A DNA stretch of 14,548 bases, taken from an uncultured Gemmatimonadota bacterium (GTDB lineage: Bacteria > SM23-81). Below are positions 13,992 to 14,548 of the stretch, piece after piece. The translations under genes were made by a program, and so were the position numbers. Location of the stretch: positions 1 through 14,548 of the forward strand of contig CAZOYL010000061.1 in assembly GCA_964584035.1 (NCBI GenBank). Direction: 5' to 3'. Position 1 is the first letter of the stretch, and every line of letters starts with the position of its first letter. The notes beneath the pieces were generated by a model. It had not been told where the DNA came from, ran no database searches, and worked only from the letters and a program-made list of their open reading frames with translations.

Positions 13992-14548
13992 ATGACGACC
14001 CTCCGGACGACAACCGCAGCCCTTTTCGGCCTCCTGTTCCTGCCGTTGGCCTCCGCAACCGGGGTGTCCGCCGAGCCCGTCCCGCTGGAGCAGATCCTCG
14101 ACGGCGCGGCGCGGGCCGAACAATCGTTCCGGGAAAAGGTCCGGGACTATGTCTGCCAGGCCAGGACCACGATCGCGGAACCGCAAAAGGACGGCACATC
14201 CAAAACGGTTCGGCTGACCGAGAAGACCATCTATCGGAAACTGCCCGATCGGCGGCTGGAGCGGTTCCACTCGGTCATCGAGGGCAAGCGGATTCTCTCG
14301 CAGCAGGAGCTGGCCGAATACGGCCGGAAGCAACCCTGGAACGACACCTCGATGGGGCGCAATTTTTTCAGCCCGGAGCATCGCGGCCGCTATACCTTCG
14401 AGCTGCTGCCGCCCGACACGGTGGCGGGAGCGCCGGCCCACGTGCTCAGCATCCAGCCCCTGAAAGAGGACCAAGACCTGATCGCCGGCACCATCTGGCT
14501 GCATCAGGAGAGCTTCGAGATCCTCCGGCTGGACGTCCGGCCGACCCG
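13992..14548 (+). CDS. Secreted hypothetical protein, LolA/RseB-like beta fold suspected; 3' end outside window
   Basis: Not in the ORF track. SD GAAAGGA precedes ATG 13992 and the frame is open to the window end. Signal peptide MTTLRTTTAALFGLLFLPLASATGVSA. The segment YTFELL..DTVAGAPAHVLSIQP...GTIWLHQESFEILRL resembles LolA-like/sorting-protein folds. Confidence 0.75.
   Translation, partial: MTTLRTTTAALFGLLFLPLASATGVSAEPVPLEQILDGAARAEQSFREKVRDYVCQARTTIAEPQKDGTSKTVRLTEKTIYRKLPDRRLERFHSVIEGKRILSQQELAEYGRKQPWNDTSMGRNFFSPEHRGRYTFELLPPDTVAGAPAHVLSIQPLKEDQDLIAGTIWLHQESFEILRLDVRPT

Overview
GC-rich chromosomal window from a diderm bacterium, inferred from two outer-membrane beta-barrel proteins. 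It holds ten protein genes. Minus strand: a partial GT2 glycosyltransferase, metF and a secreted CBM9-like/DUF5916-type barrel protein. Plus strand: an ABC-F ATPase followed by hflX. Minus strand: a patatin-POTRA-Omp85 protein (type Vd-like) and a two-gene signalling operon. Plus strand: a TrmH/SpoU RNA methyltransferase and a partial secreted LolA-like-fold protein. I found no mobile element, CRISPR array, tRNA or rRNA. Three observations stand out. (1) An operon with a sigma-54-type promoter encodes two apparent pseudo-enzymes: a REC-degenerate GGDEF-REC protein and a histidine-kinase-fold protein lacking the phospho-His and ATP-lid glycines. (2) metF is bracketed by two 15-bp-period repeat arrays that carry overlapping micro-ORFs: a Met-rich uORF relay upstream and a 38-aa (x-W-N-E-A)n peptide downstream. 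(3) A candidate leader peptide with RLR and PPP stall motifs lies in front of the ABC-F/hflX pair. All family assignments come from motif recognition by eye; no database searches were run.
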